The position numbers were made by a program, and so were the translations under genes. The notes under the pieces were generated by a model, which was not told the origin of the DNA, searched no databases, and saw only the letters and a program-made list of their open reading frames with translations. A stretch of 64,000 nt of DNA, taken from assembly GCA_963769935.1 (NCBI GenBank), contig CAVYNY010000013.1:288001-352000 (forward strand). Direction: 5' to 3'. Every line of letters begins with the position of its first letter. Position 1 is the first letter of the stretch. Below, one piece after another: positions 1 to 10,800 of this stretch. Source of the DNA: an uncultured delta proteobacterium. Lineage in GTDB: Bacteria > Desulfobacterota > Desulfobacteria > Desulfobacterales > JAFDCJ01.

Positions 1-350
1 AGCGGAATCTGCAGCAGTTGTTTTATCAGGCAGCCGGCCAGGTGGGTGTACCAGGTATGGCAATGAACCACGTCGGCGTATTCGACCGCACCGGCCATGA
101 TGATGTTGCGATAGAGGGTATCTGCAATCTTCGGTTGCTTGAGATCCATTGCCGCCATGGCTTTCGATGCGCCGAAGCCGGTTACCATTCTATTGGGCCG
201 CACCTCCCGCTGTTCGCCAAAGCACAGGACCTGTATGCGGTGGCGACCACCGTCGCAGCGTTCCATTTCGCGGACCAGATGATCGACATGTACACCGGCG
301 CCTCCGTAAATATGGGGCGGATATTCATTGGTAAGGATAAGGATATTCAT
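1..350 (-). CDS. glgA: Glycogen synthase / alpha-maltose-1-phosphate synthase (GT4, actinobacterial GlgA/GlgM type), N-terminal part, runs off window
   Basis: Manual translation from ATG at 350: MNILILTNEYPPHIYGGAGVHVDHLVRE...ADVVHCHTWYTHLAG; EYPP..YGGAGVHV and H.HTWY motifs. Confidence 0.85.
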   Translation of the reverse strand, partial: MNILILTNEYPPHIYGGAGVHVDHLVREMERCDGGRHRIQVLCFGEQREVRPNRMVTGFGASKAMAAMDLKQPKIADTLYRNIIMAGAVEYADVVHCHTWYTHLAGCLIKQLLQIP

Positions 351-430
351 AGATAACAGAAAAAAGCCGCCGCTATTTGTTATTGGCTATTGGTTTGAGG
401 TTTCCCGTTTTGCCTTTCCCTTCTTCTGAG

Positions 431-526
431 CTCTCTTGCACTCTGCTCTATGCGCTTTGCCCTATACCCATCCCCCGCAACCCGCAACTCGTACCCCGCC
501 CCCGCAACTCGCAACCCGCAACTCGT
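431..526. repeat. Degenerate heptamer tandem array (CCCGCAA/CTCGCAA; CTCTATG-type) directly after the yihY stop
   Basis: cccgcaa cccgcaa ctcgtac...cccgcaa ctcgcaa cccgcaa ctcg; ctctatg cgctttg ccctata. Confidence 0.8.
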
Positions 527-1885
527 CTATATATCCTTAAGCAGTCTATTTGCCGGCGAAGCTTCCATCTCATCTCGGAATTCTTCAATTGCATTGGAAA
601 GGGCTTTAAATTCCTCAGTTCTTGCGATGGGGATGCTGTCGGTGCCGTTCTGCTCGACGGCATCAACCACATATTTTATGGTGAGCGCGCTGATGTCGCG
701 CGCCGGCTGGTAGCCGTATTTTTGATCCTCGCTGGTCCTGGTTTCGCTGATCACCCGGCTTTGAACGAGATCATATAAAATACTGTGCACCAGGCGAATC
801 GGCATTTTAAGCCGGCCGGAAATCTCGGCGTCGGTCAGCGGCCGCTCCCCTCCGGCAAAATTTTTAACCAGCAGGTGCGCGATTTGCAAGGTGAGCAATT
901 TTTTAAAGGCCGGGCTGACATTTTTGGCATCAGGCTCATATTCATACGTGTTGACGTTCTGGTTGGCAAAAGACAGTTCCGCACCAAAAAGAACCACCCA
1001 CCAGCTGATCTGGACCCACATCAAAAACAGCGGCAGGGCGGCAAAACTGCCATAGATGGCATTATATTTGGCAGCGCCGATCTGAAAACTGATATAGGCC
1101 CATTGGACAACCTGGAAAATGGTTCCGGCAATAATGCCGCCTATCAAACCGGCTTTCAGATTCACCTGGGTATTGGGCATCAGGATGTAGATAATCGTAA
1201 AAAGGATCCAGATGAGCACATAGGGGATGAGCTTAATGCTCAGGAAAATGAGCGGACTGATGATTCCCAGCAGTGCAATTTTGTTGGTCAACAGGGTTAA
1301 TTGGGTGGTCACAAACACCGTCGTGCTGCTGGACACTATGAAAAGCAAAGGGCTTAAAAGCATTAATGCGAGATAATCGCTGAATTTTCGGCCCCAGGAT
1401 CGGTGCGTCTTGATTTCCCAGATGTCATTCAATGAAACTTCGATATGGCTGAGAACATTGATCACCGACCATAAGAGGATGATCACGCCGATGCCGGCGA
1501 TGACCCCGCCTTTGGCGGTTTCAAGCATCGATTGGGCAAAGTCGAACACTTTCGTCAGTACTTCCTGCTGCGCCTGGCCGGGAAATTTTTCAAGAATCTG
1601 TTGCCGCAGCACCGCTTCAAACCCGAAGCCTTTGGCAACGCCGAACAGGATCGCCACCACGGGAACAATGGAAAGCAGGGTATTGAACGTCAGCGAGGAC
1701 GCCCGGAAAAAACACTTGTCTTCACTAAAACCGCGCAGCGTTAAAAGAATGATTCTGGCCTGCCTTATTAGAAATGATTTGCCGAAGGGCAGATCTTCCA
1801 GTCGAAGGCGCCAGATATCGACGGTGACAAAATCGATCATCTTATTCAGCCACGCGTCAAAATCCTTCAATGAGAATTTTCTCAC
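527..1885 (-). CDS. YihY/BrkB family inner membrane protein with C-terminal winged-helix (Rrf2-like) domain
   Basis: RASSLTFNTLLSIVP, YNAIYGSFAALPLFLMW motifs; multiple TM helices; C-terminal HTH-like region. Confidence 0.9.
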   Translation of the reverse strand: MRKFSLKDFDAWLNKMIDFVTVDIWRLRLEDLPFGKSFLIRQARIILLTLRGFSEDKCFFRASSLTFNTLLSIVPVVAILFGVAKGFGFEAVLRQQILEKFPGQAQQEVLTKVFDFAQSMLETAKGGVIAGIGVIILLWSVINVLSHIEVSLNDIWEIKTHRSWGRKFSDYLALMLLSPLLFIVSSSTTVFVTTQLTLLTNKIALLGIISPLIFLSIKLIPYVLIWILFTIIYILMPNTQVNLKAGLIGGIIAGTIFQVVQWAYISFQIGAAKYNAIYGSFAALPLFLMWVQISWWVVLFGAELSFANQNVNTYEYEPDAKNVSPAFKKLLTLQIAHLLVKNFAGGERPLTDAEISGRLKMPIRLVHSILYDLVQSRVISETRTSEDQKYGYQPARDISALTIKYVVDAVEQNGTDSIPIARTEEFKALSNAIEEFRDEMEASPANRLLKDI

Positions 1886-1900
1886 TTTGCTCTCCGGTGA

Positions 1901-2046
1901 TTAGTTGATTGGGTTGATTGAGTTGACTGGTTTAGTCGGATAAAGTCAATTCAGCCTTATCAACCACCCGATCTATCAACTCCATTCTTCTACCAACCAG
2001 CCTATTCATCCATTCAACCTAATCAACTAATCAACCATTTAACCTA
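1901..2046. repeat. Inverted arms of 8/9-mer repeats (GTTGATTG(G)...(T)AATCAAC)
   Basis: gttgattgg gttgattga gttgactgg on the left; caacctaatcaactaatcaac on the right; includes the stop of the CMD gene. Confidence 0.7.
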
Positions 2047-2355
2047 ATCAACCATATTATCCAGTACGGCGTAGGCCTTCATAAACACCGGAAAGCCGGC
2101 GGTTGATATCAACAGCAGCAGGGCATGCTTGATTTCCTCAACGGCGACGCCGGCATCCCTGGCCCTTTGGATATGGGTCGCCAGAGCGCGTTTGTGATTG
2201 CAGGCCGCCGATATGGCAATTTTAATCAACCAGCGGGATTTATCATCCAGCGGCCCGGCATTTTCATGGATTTCCTTGCCCAGAGCTTCGTGCCTGGCGT
2301 ACACCTCGGGAAACTCTAGTTTGAACCGGGTAAAGCTTTCATGCATATCTTTCAT
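2044..2355 (-). CDS. Carboxymuconolactone decarboxylase (CMD/AhpD-like) family protein
   Basis: GPLDDKSRWLIKIAISAA, HIQRARDAG..EEIKHALLL..TAGFP. Confidence 0.85.
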   Translation of the reverse strand: MKDMHESFTRFKLEFPEVYARHEALGKEIHENAGPLDDKSRWLIKIAISAACNHKRALATHIQRARDAGVAVEEIKHALLLLISTAGFPVFMKAYAVLDNMVD

Positions 2356-2384
2356 GGTATTGTTCTCCTGAAAAATTTTAAGGA

Positions 2385-3221
2385 CTATTCATCCTTTATG
2401 GTGCCGGCATTTTCGTCGACAGTGCCTCTCTCCCCGGGTGCTTCATTATTTACTTCATCCTTGTGAGCGCCCTTGGGCCCTGCGGCAAACAGATTGGTTC
2501 GCGGTGTCAGGTAGAACTCGGCCATCATGGCAGCAGCATCTTCCCGGGAAACACTCTCTACCGTGTTTGAAGCCAATTTTTCCCCGATCACCGTCCGTTG
2601 AAAATCGGACAGAAGGAGGGCCTCCTCCGGCGCCGCCCTACCGGTCACTTCCAGCCGGCTTTTATCAAAGGCGATGATTTCGGTTGCCTGCGGGTTTGCC
2701 TTGACAACAAAGTCGGCATTATTTGTCACCGCAGTGGCCGTTTGCGTCTGGACCTTGAATTCATAGGAAGACAAATCAGACGGTCGCATCAATTTAAAGC
2801 GGGCGATGCCCTGAATTAAATGCAAAAACGATGTGCTGGTTTTACGGGCGGAATTATAGTTGCTTTGCAGGATCGCAAGGGTTGATTGCGACATCAGTCC
2901 GATCCGGCTGCCGTCCATGAGCCGGCATAATATCCAGCCGGTTGCCCCGGTGCGGATGATATCGCCCTGATAGAGCGGCAGTCCGGTCCGGGTCTGGTAT
3001 CCCACAGCGGGATCGCGATGAAAAACAATCGCTTCGCCCCGCACGGCGAGAATCTTGCCTACCGGCAAACCGCTGCCGGGTTGATACATCTCCTTGATAA
3101 CGGTATCGGAGGACAGCGTTTTCTCCGAAATTGAGGTTTCAGAAAAAGATGAGCGACCCAAAAGCATAAATGAGGCTATTAAGCAAAACAAAAAGATTGA
3201 TTGTTTTCTCAATACTGACAT
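2385..3221 (-). CDS. Exported FecR-domain protein
   Basis: Start MSVLRKQ at 3221 with AGGAG RBS; signal peptide; LYQGDIIRTG..DGSRIGL, FKVQTQTATAV motifs. Confidence 0.75.
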   Translation of the reverse strand: MSVLRKQSIFLFCLIASFMLLGRSSFSETSISEKTLSSDTVIKEMYQPGSGLPVGKILAVRGEAIVFHRDPAVGYQTRTGLPLYQGDIIRTGATGWILCRLMDGSRIGLMSQSTLAILQSNYNSARKTSTSFLHLIQGIARFKLMRPSDLSSYEFKVQTQTATAVTNNADFVVKANPQATEIIAFDKSRLEVTGRAAPEEALLLSDFQRTVIGEKLASNTVESVSREDAAAMMAEFYLTPRTNLFAAGPKGAHKDEVNNEAPGERGTVDENAGTIKDE

Positions 3222-3312
3222 CGGGAACTCCTGTTGAAAGTGGTTGCATCGGCCGGAGATGGATCCCAAAAAAGTCGCGTAGTATAGATACCGCAGTTTA
3301 TCAATCAAATTT

Positions 3313-4167
3313 TTATTCTTCAAGAAATTTTCGGATTGCCTGATCCCTGGCCGCATGCGGCTTCATTAAAATGCCATAGTGATTGGTATCCACCACATCG
3401 AACCTTCTGACATGCGGGATTTCATCGGTCATTTTCTGGATGACATTTTCCGGCAGCAGAAGATCGTCCTGACTCAACAGGCCGTTGGGTGCCCGCAATA
3501 CCAGTACTTTGCATTGCACGCGGGGGTAAAAGGATGCGCAATTAACTTTTCGGATGTTGGCAGCCTCTTCCTGGATATGGGCCGGATCGATATTGGTGCG
3601 GACGCCCCCTTCTACCGCTTCAATTTCATAGCGGCAGTAGGTCTCCACCGCCGGCGTCCAGGGATGCAGATAAGGCGCCTGCTTCATTTTATCCAGGTAG
3701 GCATCGGCGGAGGGAAAGATCTGGCCCAGTCGATCCAGTGCCGGTTTGATGCCGACAAAGACTTTGTCCATCTGTTCGGCCGAAAGATCACCGCCCCCAT
3801 CGACCAGAATGAGCCGATCGGTTCGATCCGGATACTGGGCTGCAAATGCCAGACCGATGAAGGCGCCCAGGGAATGTCCCATAATGACGGCCCGCTCAAG
3901 CTGCAGATCATCCAGCAGGCAGTTGATATCGCGCAGATGATGGTCCAGCGAATAGCCGGCGGCAGGCTTTGCGGATTGTCCTCTGCCGCGCAGATCCATG
4001 GCCATGACACGAAAATCCGGCGCCAGCGTCGCGGCCAGCACGTCCCAGCAGCGGCAGTTGGCGGTTATACCGTGAACACATAAAATGGGTCCTGCCTTGC
4101 CCTCCCACATCGCCAGATTGATTTCCACCCCGTCGCCCTTTGCCTTTTTCATAATCGGTTCGGTCAT
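3313..4167 (-). CDS. Alpha/beta fold hydrolase
   Basis: HGIT oxyanion region, DLRGRG, GHSLG nucleophile elbow, C-terminal NHYG His. Confidence 0.9.
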   Translation of the reverse strand: MTEPIMKKAKGDGVEINLAMWEGKAGPILCVHGITANCRCWDVLAATLAPDFRVMAMDLRGRGQSAKPAAGYSLDHHLRDINCLLDDLQLERAVIMGHSLGAFIGLAFAAQYPDRTDRLILVDGGGDLSAEQMDKVFVGIKPALDRLGQIFPSADAYLDKMKQAPYLHPWTPAVETYCRYEIEAVEGGVRTNIDPAHIQEEAANIRKVNCASFYPRVQCKVLVLRAPNGLLSQDDLLLPENVIQKMTDEIPHVRRFDVVDTNHYGILMKPHAARDQAIRKFLEE

Positions 4168-4235
4168 GATCCCTCCTTTGTAATTTAACCTCTCGATGTG
4201 CCTTTAAAACTAATAATATTATTATTTAAACTTGG

Positions 4236-4299
4236 ATTCACCGCCCGCTGCGCTCGAGCCGCAAAGACCGCAGAGGAACATTGCGACTCGGCGGTGAAT
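4236..4299. repeat. REP-like palindromic element (ATTCACCGC...GCGGTGAAT)
   Basis: 9-bp perfect terminal inverted repeat; internal cgcaaagaccgcagag; related copies at 18151 and 60635. Confidence 0.75.
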
Positions 4300-4351
4300 A
4301 TTAAATCTCAACAAATCGTGCTGAAGGCCGGATGATTGAACCCGGCTAAGT

Positions 4352-5445
4352 TCATGCTGCTTTTCTGCGCGAAAGGTAATCCTGCATGGACCCGATGACT
4401 CCCTTGGGGAAAAAGATGACGACCAGGATGAACAGCACGCCAAAAAGCAGCAACCATCTTTCAAGCAGATTATGCAGCAGGATTGCCCGGGGCAGCAGAT
4501 CTCCGGCCAAGTGCTGCAGGTCAGGCAAAAATGTCTGGGTGATCAGCAAAAAGGCAGCGCCCACAATTCCGCCATAAAGCGTGCCCATGCCGCCGATGAT
4601 GACCATTAGAAGCACATTGAGCATAATCGCCATAACTTCCAGGCTCGACTCCGGATTCACGAATCCCACCCACCTGGCATAAAGTCCTCCGATCAGAGCT
4701 GCCAGTATGCAGCCGAAGGTAATGGAAAGGGTCTGGAAAATAAAGGTCCTGTAGCCGAGCGCCTCGGCCCGCTGCGCATTGTCTCGTATGGCCTGCAGTG
4801 CCCGCCCCAGCGGCGAACGGGTGAAGCGGAGCATCATTAGAAAAAGCGCCAGACAGCTAAATAGAATGAGGTAATAGGTCAACACTCTGCCCGATATATC
4901 GGTGCCCATAAATTTCCCCAGATTAAATGCCAGCTGAAAAAATGCCGGGCATACTGATGCTGATTCCGTCTTCACCACCCGTGAAATTGCTGAGTTTGTT
5001 CGCTAAAACAAACGCCAACTCGGCCAGCGCCAGGGTAACCATCGCGAAGTAAATGGCTTTGACGCGCAGGGAAATAAAACTGATGATCAGTGCCAGAACG
5101 GTGGCGACAACCGTGGCCAGAAGCAGCCCCAGAATCAGGTTGAGGTAGGTGGGGCTGCCGTATTTTTCCAGCAAAAAAGCCACACAATAGGCGCCGATGC
5201 CGAAAAACATGCCGTGCCCGAATGACAGAATTCCGGTATACCCCAGCAAAATGTCGAAACTGGCGACCAGCGACGCAAAAATGACAATCTTCATCGCCAG
5301 ATCAACTGTTTTAAACGATGGGAATAATAAACGGAACCAGCAGGAAAAGGATCAAAATCCCGATCTGCAGAAAAAAACTGCCGCGGGTATACCGTTGCCT
5401 TTTTTCCTGATAGCGAAAAATCTGAACCGGGGTTTGTGCCGCCAT
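4352..5445 (-). CDS. livM: Branched-chain amino acid-type ABC permease (LivM), frameshifted (probable sequencing errors)
   Basis: Pieces from ATG 5445, 4923..5294 (GYTGILSFGHGMFFG) and 4352..4978 (GRALQAIRDN, IIGGMGTLYG). Confidence 0.8.
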
Positions 5446-5568
5446 AGCTCAGTCCTTAGAAGCTGAAGTCAAAAAATTGAAGATTGTAAGATTCCTATTT
5501 CTGAATATCAGATGACAGAGTCCATCAACTTTACTAATTTAATCCATGGAAAGGCATCGTCACCTGTG

Positions 5569-5658
5569 CCCCGCAACCCGTAACCCGCACCATCAGCCCT
5601 GCACCGTGCGCCTAATGCCTTATACCTTATACCTTTCACCTTTTGCCTTTCACCTTAT
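5569..5658. repeat. Concatenated heptamer arrays (CCCGCAA, CCTTATA, CCTTTCA) downstream of the livH stop
   Basis: cccgcaa cccgtaa cccgcac; ccttata ccttata cctttca ccttttg cctttca cctta. Confidence 0.8.
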
Positions 5659-5664
5659 TTTCAT

Positions 5665-6654
5665 TCATTTCCCCGCCGCAAACAATCCTGTCGGTCGAAT
5701 GAGAAGGATTACTACCATAATTAGGATATTGACGCCGGCGGCGGCCCAGGGGACCAGATAGGCCACGTAGTTATAGGAGAGCCCCACGATAAGCGCACCT
5801 ACCAGGGAGCCCGTAACACTTCCCAGACCGCCGATGATAACCACGATAAATGCAAATAGCAGATAGGTCGAGCCCATGTCGGGATAGACCTCCAGGCTGA
5901 ATATACTCATTGACAGTCCGCCCAGCGCTGCCAAAGCGGCGCCGACTGCAAACACGCCGGTAAACAGCAGGAAAATATTATGGCCCATGGCCTGGACCAT
6001 CTCGCGGTTTTCGACACCCGCCCTTACAATTGTGCCGATTTTGGTTTTTTTGAGAATAAGCTGGATCACACCGTACACGAGAATTCCGATTAAAATGCAG
6101 ACTATCCGGTATTTGGCTATGATGATATCGAAGACATCCCAATTTCCCCTGAAGGTCATGGGTACCGCCATGACTTCATCATTCGGCCCCCAGAAGACGC
6201 GAATCAACTCCACCAGGACGATCGTTGCGCCGAAGGTGATCAGGATCTGAAACAAATGATTGCCGTACACCCGACGTACGATGAATCTTTCCAGCATGAT
6301 ACCCAGCAGGGCTACTGCCGCCATCGCCGTAAAAATGGCTGCCAGAAACACGCCGAAATTCAGACCGACCGAATCGGCCTCGACCCAATTGCTCAAAAAA
6401 TTAAAAACACTGAAACCAAAATACGCGCCCCAGGCAAACAAGGCGCCGTGGGCAAAGTTCAGGACATCCATCAGCCCGAATATAATGCTGAGACCGGAGG
6501 CAATCAGAAAAAGCAGCATGCCCATGGCCAGCCCCGCGATGGTCAGGGTCAGATAAGTTTTCGCAGGTATGCCCACCAGCGGGAGCATGAATAGCAAAAG
6601 AACTCCCGCAATCGTGAATTGATTATGCCGGCGTACTGATACGGTCAGGGACAT
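5665..6654 (-). CDS. livH: ABC permease (LivH type)
   Basis: GLSIIFGLMDVLNFAHG, VVIIGGLGS, RPTGLF. Confidence 0.9.
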   Translation of the reverse strand: MSLTVSVRRHNQFTIAGVLLLFMLPLVGIPAKTYLTLTIAGLAMGMLLFLIASGLSIIFGLMDVLNFAHGALFAWGAYFGFSVFNFLSNWVEADSVGLNFGVFLAAIFTAMAAVALLGIMLERFIVRRVYGNHLFQILITFGATIVLVELIRVFWGPNDEVMAVPMTFRGNWDVFDIIIAKYRIVCILIGILVYGVIQLILKKTKIGTIVRAGVENREMVQAMGHNIFLLFTGVFAVGAALAALGGLSMSIFSLEVYPDMGSTYLLFAFIVVIIGGLGSVTGSLVGALIVGLSYNYVAYLVPWAAAGVNILIMVVILLIRPTGLFAAGK

Positions 6655-6748
6655 ATTAAAGATGCTTTCTCATGGAATGTGCTTGGCATCATCAACAAAA
6701 ATTGTCGACACCGCGCCGCCAAACGCGCAGTTATTATGCTCCTAACTT

Positions 6749-7472
6749 CTATTGCTTCGCCCTGGAAATACCCAGATACCTGCTCTTCAACTCATCATTG
6801 TCGATAAGGTCGGCCATTTTGCCGCTTTGGACGGCCTTGCCGTCATCCATAATATAGAAGCGGTCGCCTACACGGCTGGCCATATAAAAATTTTGCTCCA
6901 CCAGGACGACAACGCTGTGTTCCTTGATTTGATTGATGGCTTCGATGAGGGCCTCCACGATAATCGGTGCCAGTCCTTTGGAGGGTTCATCAATAAGAAG
7001 CAGTGAAGTTTCATTGACAATCGCCCGCGCGATGGCAAGCATCTGTTTCTGCCCGCCGCTCAGAATTCCGGCCTGGGCCCTCCAGAAGTTCTTAAGATCC
7101 CGGAACATTTCCAGGGTCCATTCCAGCCGGCGGCCCGTCGCTTCGTCTTCCGCCAGCATGGCCACCCGCATGTTTTCCTCCACGGTCAGGTTGGCAAAAA
7201 TGCCCATGTCCTCCGGAACAAAGCCGATCCCCAGTCGGGCGATTTCATAGGGTTTCTTTTTCTGAATTTCCTGCCCGTTGTATTTGACTATACCCTGCGA
7301 CGGCGGCCAGAAGGCCCATCACCGTCCGCAGGGTCGTGCTCTTGCCGGCGCCGTTGCGGCCGATAAGCACGGTGACTGCGTCGGCCCGGGCTTCAAACGA
7401 CAGACCCTGCAGAATATGGTGGTGGCCGATAAAGGTATGGACGTCTTCAACGTTTAAAATCGTTTCATTCAA
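6749..7472 (-). CDS. livF: ABC ATP-binding protein (LivF type), frameshifted near 7.28 kb
   Basis: TTG start at 7472; GRNGAGKST Walker A in 7245..7529; LSGGQKQ and DEPSKGLAP in 6749..7207. Confidence 0.85.
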
Positions 7473-8243
7473 GTTTGGCTCCTCCGCCGAGATAGGCTTC
7501 CTGGACCTCCTTGCTGCGATAAATGGCATCCGGATCGCCGTCGGCGATCAGCCTGCCGTTCTGAAGCACGCAGATGGAATCCGAAAGGGCCATGATCATG
7601 TCCATCTTGTGTTCGACCAGCAGAAGGGTCCGGTCCCGTGATGATTTGATTTGCTCAAGTATCGCCAGAATTGCCGGCACTTCTTCCTGCGACATTCCGG
7701 CCGTCGGTTCATCCAGAAAGAGAATCTTCGGCTTCAATGCCATCAATATGGCCAACTCAAGCTTGCGCTGTTCGCCATGGGTCAGGGAACTGGCCGGCGC
7801 GGACCACCTGTCCTCCAACAGCAGATCTTTGAGAATAGCATAGGCTTCATCTTCGGTTTCTGAGAAGTGAAGGTAGTTGCGCCAGAAATTCAAACCGAAT
7901 CCCCGGCGTGACTGTATCGCAATCCTGACATTCTCCAGAACACTCAACAGAGGAAAAATATTGGTCAGCTGGAAGGATCGGCCGATCCCCAGACGTGTCC
8001 GCAGGGCGGGCCCCAGCTCGGTGATATCCTGTCCTTTGAAGAATAACTTGGCCCCCGGTCGGCTTTATACTGGCCGGTCAGCAGGTTGAAGAATGTGGTT
8101 TTACCGGCACCGTTGGGACCGATAATGGATTTCAAGGTAAATGCTTCTACCTGCAGATTCACATGGTCAACCGCCACATGTCCGCCAAAGCGGATGGTCA
8201 GGTCCTTGGTCTCAATTATCGGTTCTGCCTTGTTGGTGCTCAT
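7465..8243 (-). CDS. livG: ABC ATP-binding protein (LivG type), frameshifted near 8.05 kb
   Basis: GPNGAGKTT in 7965..8243; LDEPTAGMS, VEHKMD, AYLG in 7465..7947. Confidence 0.85.
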
Positions 8244-9439
8244 CTCTTATTCATAATCGGTGGTGCCGTCTCCTCCATGGTCAAGGTCTTGATGAGAACC
8301 GGAATGGCCCACTCGACATCGGGTTTTACTTCAAGCTTGAAGGCAAACATGGCCTGCAGCGCCTGATGGTCTTCCTTTCTAAACTTCATCATTCCCTTGG
8401 GTGTCATGAACTCCATGCCCTCCATGGTTGCGATAAGCTTTTCGGTGTCCGTGCCGCCCGCTTTGGTTATGGCTTCCACCACGGCACTGGCGGCTGCAAA
8501 ACCTCCGCAGGTGAAGAAATCCGGCGGTTCGTTAAACCGTTTGAGGTGTTCTTTCACCAGCCAGTCATTGACCGGGTTTTTAGGATTCTCGTAGTAGTAG
8601 TAAGTGGCACCAATCATTCCTTTGAGGGGTTTCATCGTCTTGAGGACAGCAAATACATTACCACCGGTGGTGATCTCGATACCGTACTTGTCAAGGCCGG
8701 CATCGATCAGCTGGGTTATAGGACTATTTTTTCCGGCCCAGATGACCCAGACATACTTGGGTGAAGGTTTGTCCTTAAGGGCCTCGATAATCCTTTGGAT
8801 CGGAGCCGTAAAATCCGTACCTTTAGGATCACAATATTCCTCGTGCACCACCTTGGCGCCGAGTTTTTCGGCGGCCTGCTTGTAGGCCGCGATGCCGTCC
8901 CGGCCGAAGGCATAGTCCTGGCCGATGCACGCGATGCTGACCCCCGGCTTGGCCACGGCAACGGCGTTGGAAATGGCATCCTGGCTGGAGTTGCGGCCGG
9001 TCCGGAAAATATAACGATTCCAGTTTGCGCCGGTAATGGAATCGGCCACGGCGGGTTCGACAATCAGGATCTTCTTGAATTCCTCGGCCACCGGCAGCAC
9101 CGCCAGCGCCACCCCGCTGCTGGTCGGTCCGATGGCAAGATCCACCTTGTCGTCGCTGTAAAGCTTGGTAAGGAGCATCTTGGCTCTTGCCGCTTTAAGC
9201 TGGGTATCTTCGACGTAAAGCTTTACATCCCGCCCGAGGATCTTATTGGTTCCCTTGGTAAAGTACTCCAGCCCCATTTTAAAACCGGTGACCTCCGCTT
9301 TGCCGTATATCTCGTAGGCTCCGCTGATTCCCTGGATAATTCCAATTTTAATCGGTTCAGCCGCCAAAGCCTGTGAGGAGATCAAAAAAATGGCCAGACA
9401 GAAAAAAAGAAAATAGTTTGCAACCTGCTTTGCTTTCAT
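8240..9439 (-). CDS. ABC substrate-binding protein (Leu/Ile/Val-binding family)
   Basis: Signal peptide; IKIGII, WNRYIFRTGRNSSQDA, DYAFGRDG. Confidence 0.9.
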   Translation of the reverse strand: MKAKQVANYFLFFCLAIFLISSQALAAEPIKIGIIQGISGAYEIYGKAEVTGFKMGLEYFTKGTNKILGRDVKLYVEDTQLKAARAKMLLTKLYSDDKVDLAIGPTSSGVALAVLPVAEEFKKILIVEPAVADSITGANWNRYIFRTGRNSSQDAISNAVAVAKPGVSIACIGQDYAFGRDGIAAYKQAAEKLGAKVVHEEYCDPKGTDFTAPIQRIIEALKDKPSPKYVWVIWAGKNSPITQLIDAGLDKYGIEITTGGNVFAVLKTMKPLKGMIGATYYYYENPKNPVNDWLVKEHLKRFNEPPDFFTCGGFAAASAVVEAITKAGGTDTEKLIATMEGMEFMTPKGMMKFRKEDHQALQAMFAFKLEVKPDVEWAIPVLIKTLTMEETAPPIMNKR

Positions 9440-9957
9440 GGGCTTACCTCCTTTTTCGGTTCTTCTTTGACTCTATTCAGCTCTTCTTCAAACTTTTTGA
9501 AAAAGTCATCTTTTTCTTTCCAGTCGGCCCCAAATTGCCGTTCAAAGTACTCGCTTAATTTATCGAGCTGGTTTTTCCAGACCATTTTTTTACTTCGGGT
9601 AATAACATCGACCAGATAAGTATCAAGTTCGGCCATCATTTCCTTGGGCAAAAACGACACCGCACCTAATTTAATGGATTCTTTCAAAGCTTTCGGCGTC
9701 AGGGCATGCGCGGTTAGCATTACGGTAGGAAACCCTTTTGAAACTGATTTTTTCAGCAGTTCGAATCCCCTGACGCCCATAATGTCCAGGATGACGATGT
9801 CAAACTTAAAGCCGGCCAGCAACTGCATCGCAATTTCATAATCCTTGGCCCGGTAGATCCGGCACATATCGAGTTGCTCGGCAATGGCATCCAGAATATC
9901 AGGCTCGTCATCGACCACGAGGATGACTTTATTTTTCAAAAGGCGATCCGAAGTCAT
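9436..9957 (-). CDS. Response regulator (receiver domain plus short C-terminal extension)
   Basis: ILVVDDE, VILDIMG (phospho-Asp), MLTAH, FLPK. Confidence 0.9.
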   Translation of the reverse strand: MTSDRLLKNKVILVVDDEPDILDAIAEQLDMCRIYRAKDYEIAMQLLAGFKFDIVILDIMGVRGFELLKKSVSKGFPTVMLTAHALTPKALKESIKLGAVSFLPKEMMAELDTYLVDVITRSKKMVWKNQLDKLSEYFERQFGADWKEKDDFFKKFEEELNRVKEEPKKEVSP

Positions 9958-10092
9958 TTCACGTTTGTCTCCTTTTTCGAATCATATTTGTTTGAATTGT
10001 TACCCTAACTGCAGCAACAGGAATTTCGAGCGCCGAAAGTTTCGCGCCGACCTGACCTTATCGTTGCATTAATATGTATACCTAATTTAGGA

Positions 10093-10800
10093 TTATATCA
10101 TCAGGTACTTTTCCCTGACCTCCTGATTGGTGCGCAGCTCCTCTATACTGCCCTGATATCGAATTCTCCCCTTGTCGATCACATACGCCCGTTTTGCAGT
10201 CATGGTGGCAAACTTGACATTTTGCTCGGAAAAAAGAATCGTTTGCCCCAGCTCCTTCAACTTCAAGATCTGTTGGCCCAGATCTTTCACTACCAGAGGC
10301 GCCAAACCCTCAACCGGCTCATCCAGTAAAAGCAGTTCGGGATTTCCCATCAGCGTTCTTCCCAATGTGAGCATCTGCTGCTCACCGCCGCTTAAGGTTC
10401 CGCCATGCTGCCTCTGTCTATCAGCGAGAATGGGAAACAGTTGATAGATCCGGTCAAGCGTCCAGGGATCGCCGGCGAAATCTTTAGGCACCTTATAGGC
10501 AAGTTCCAGATTTTCGCGCACGGTCAGATCGGGGAAGATCAACCGATTATCCGGCACATATCCCATCCCTTTGCGGGCGATGTAGTGCGGCGGCCGGGAG
10601 CGCAGATCCTCACCGTGAAATCGAACGCTTCCCGATTTGGCCGGGGTCAGGCCCATAATGCTTCGCATCGTAGTGGTCTTGCCGGCTCCGTTCCGACCCA
10701 GCAGGCAAACGACCTCGCCGCGGTCCACCGTCAGGGAAACATCGAACAGGATATGGCTCGTCCCGTAAAACGTATTGATCTCCTTGACCTCAAGTATCAT
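10093..10800 (-). CDS. livF: ABC ATP-binding protein (LivF type)
   Basis: GRNGAGKTT, LSGGEQQ, LLLDEPVEGLAP. Confidence 0.92.
   Translation of the reverse strand: MILEVKEINTFYGTSHILFDVSLTVDRGEVVCLLGRNGAGKTTTMRSIMGLTPAKSGSVRFHGEDLRSRPPHYIARKGMGYVPDNRLIFPDLTVRENLELAYKVPKDFAGDPWTLDRIYQLFPILADRQRQHGGTLSGGEQQMLTLGRTLMGNPELLLLDEPVEGLAPLVVKDLGQQILKLKELGQTILFSEQNVKFATMTAKRAYVIDKGRIRYQGSIEELRTNQEVREKYLMI

Noticed and set aside
18..356. 112-aa plus-strand ORF
   Set aside because: Antisense shadow of glgA
377..778. ORFs with PRNPQL/PATRN repeats, and similar ORFs at 5546, 16546 and 32874
   Set aside because: Translations of intergenic heptamer arrays, not proteins
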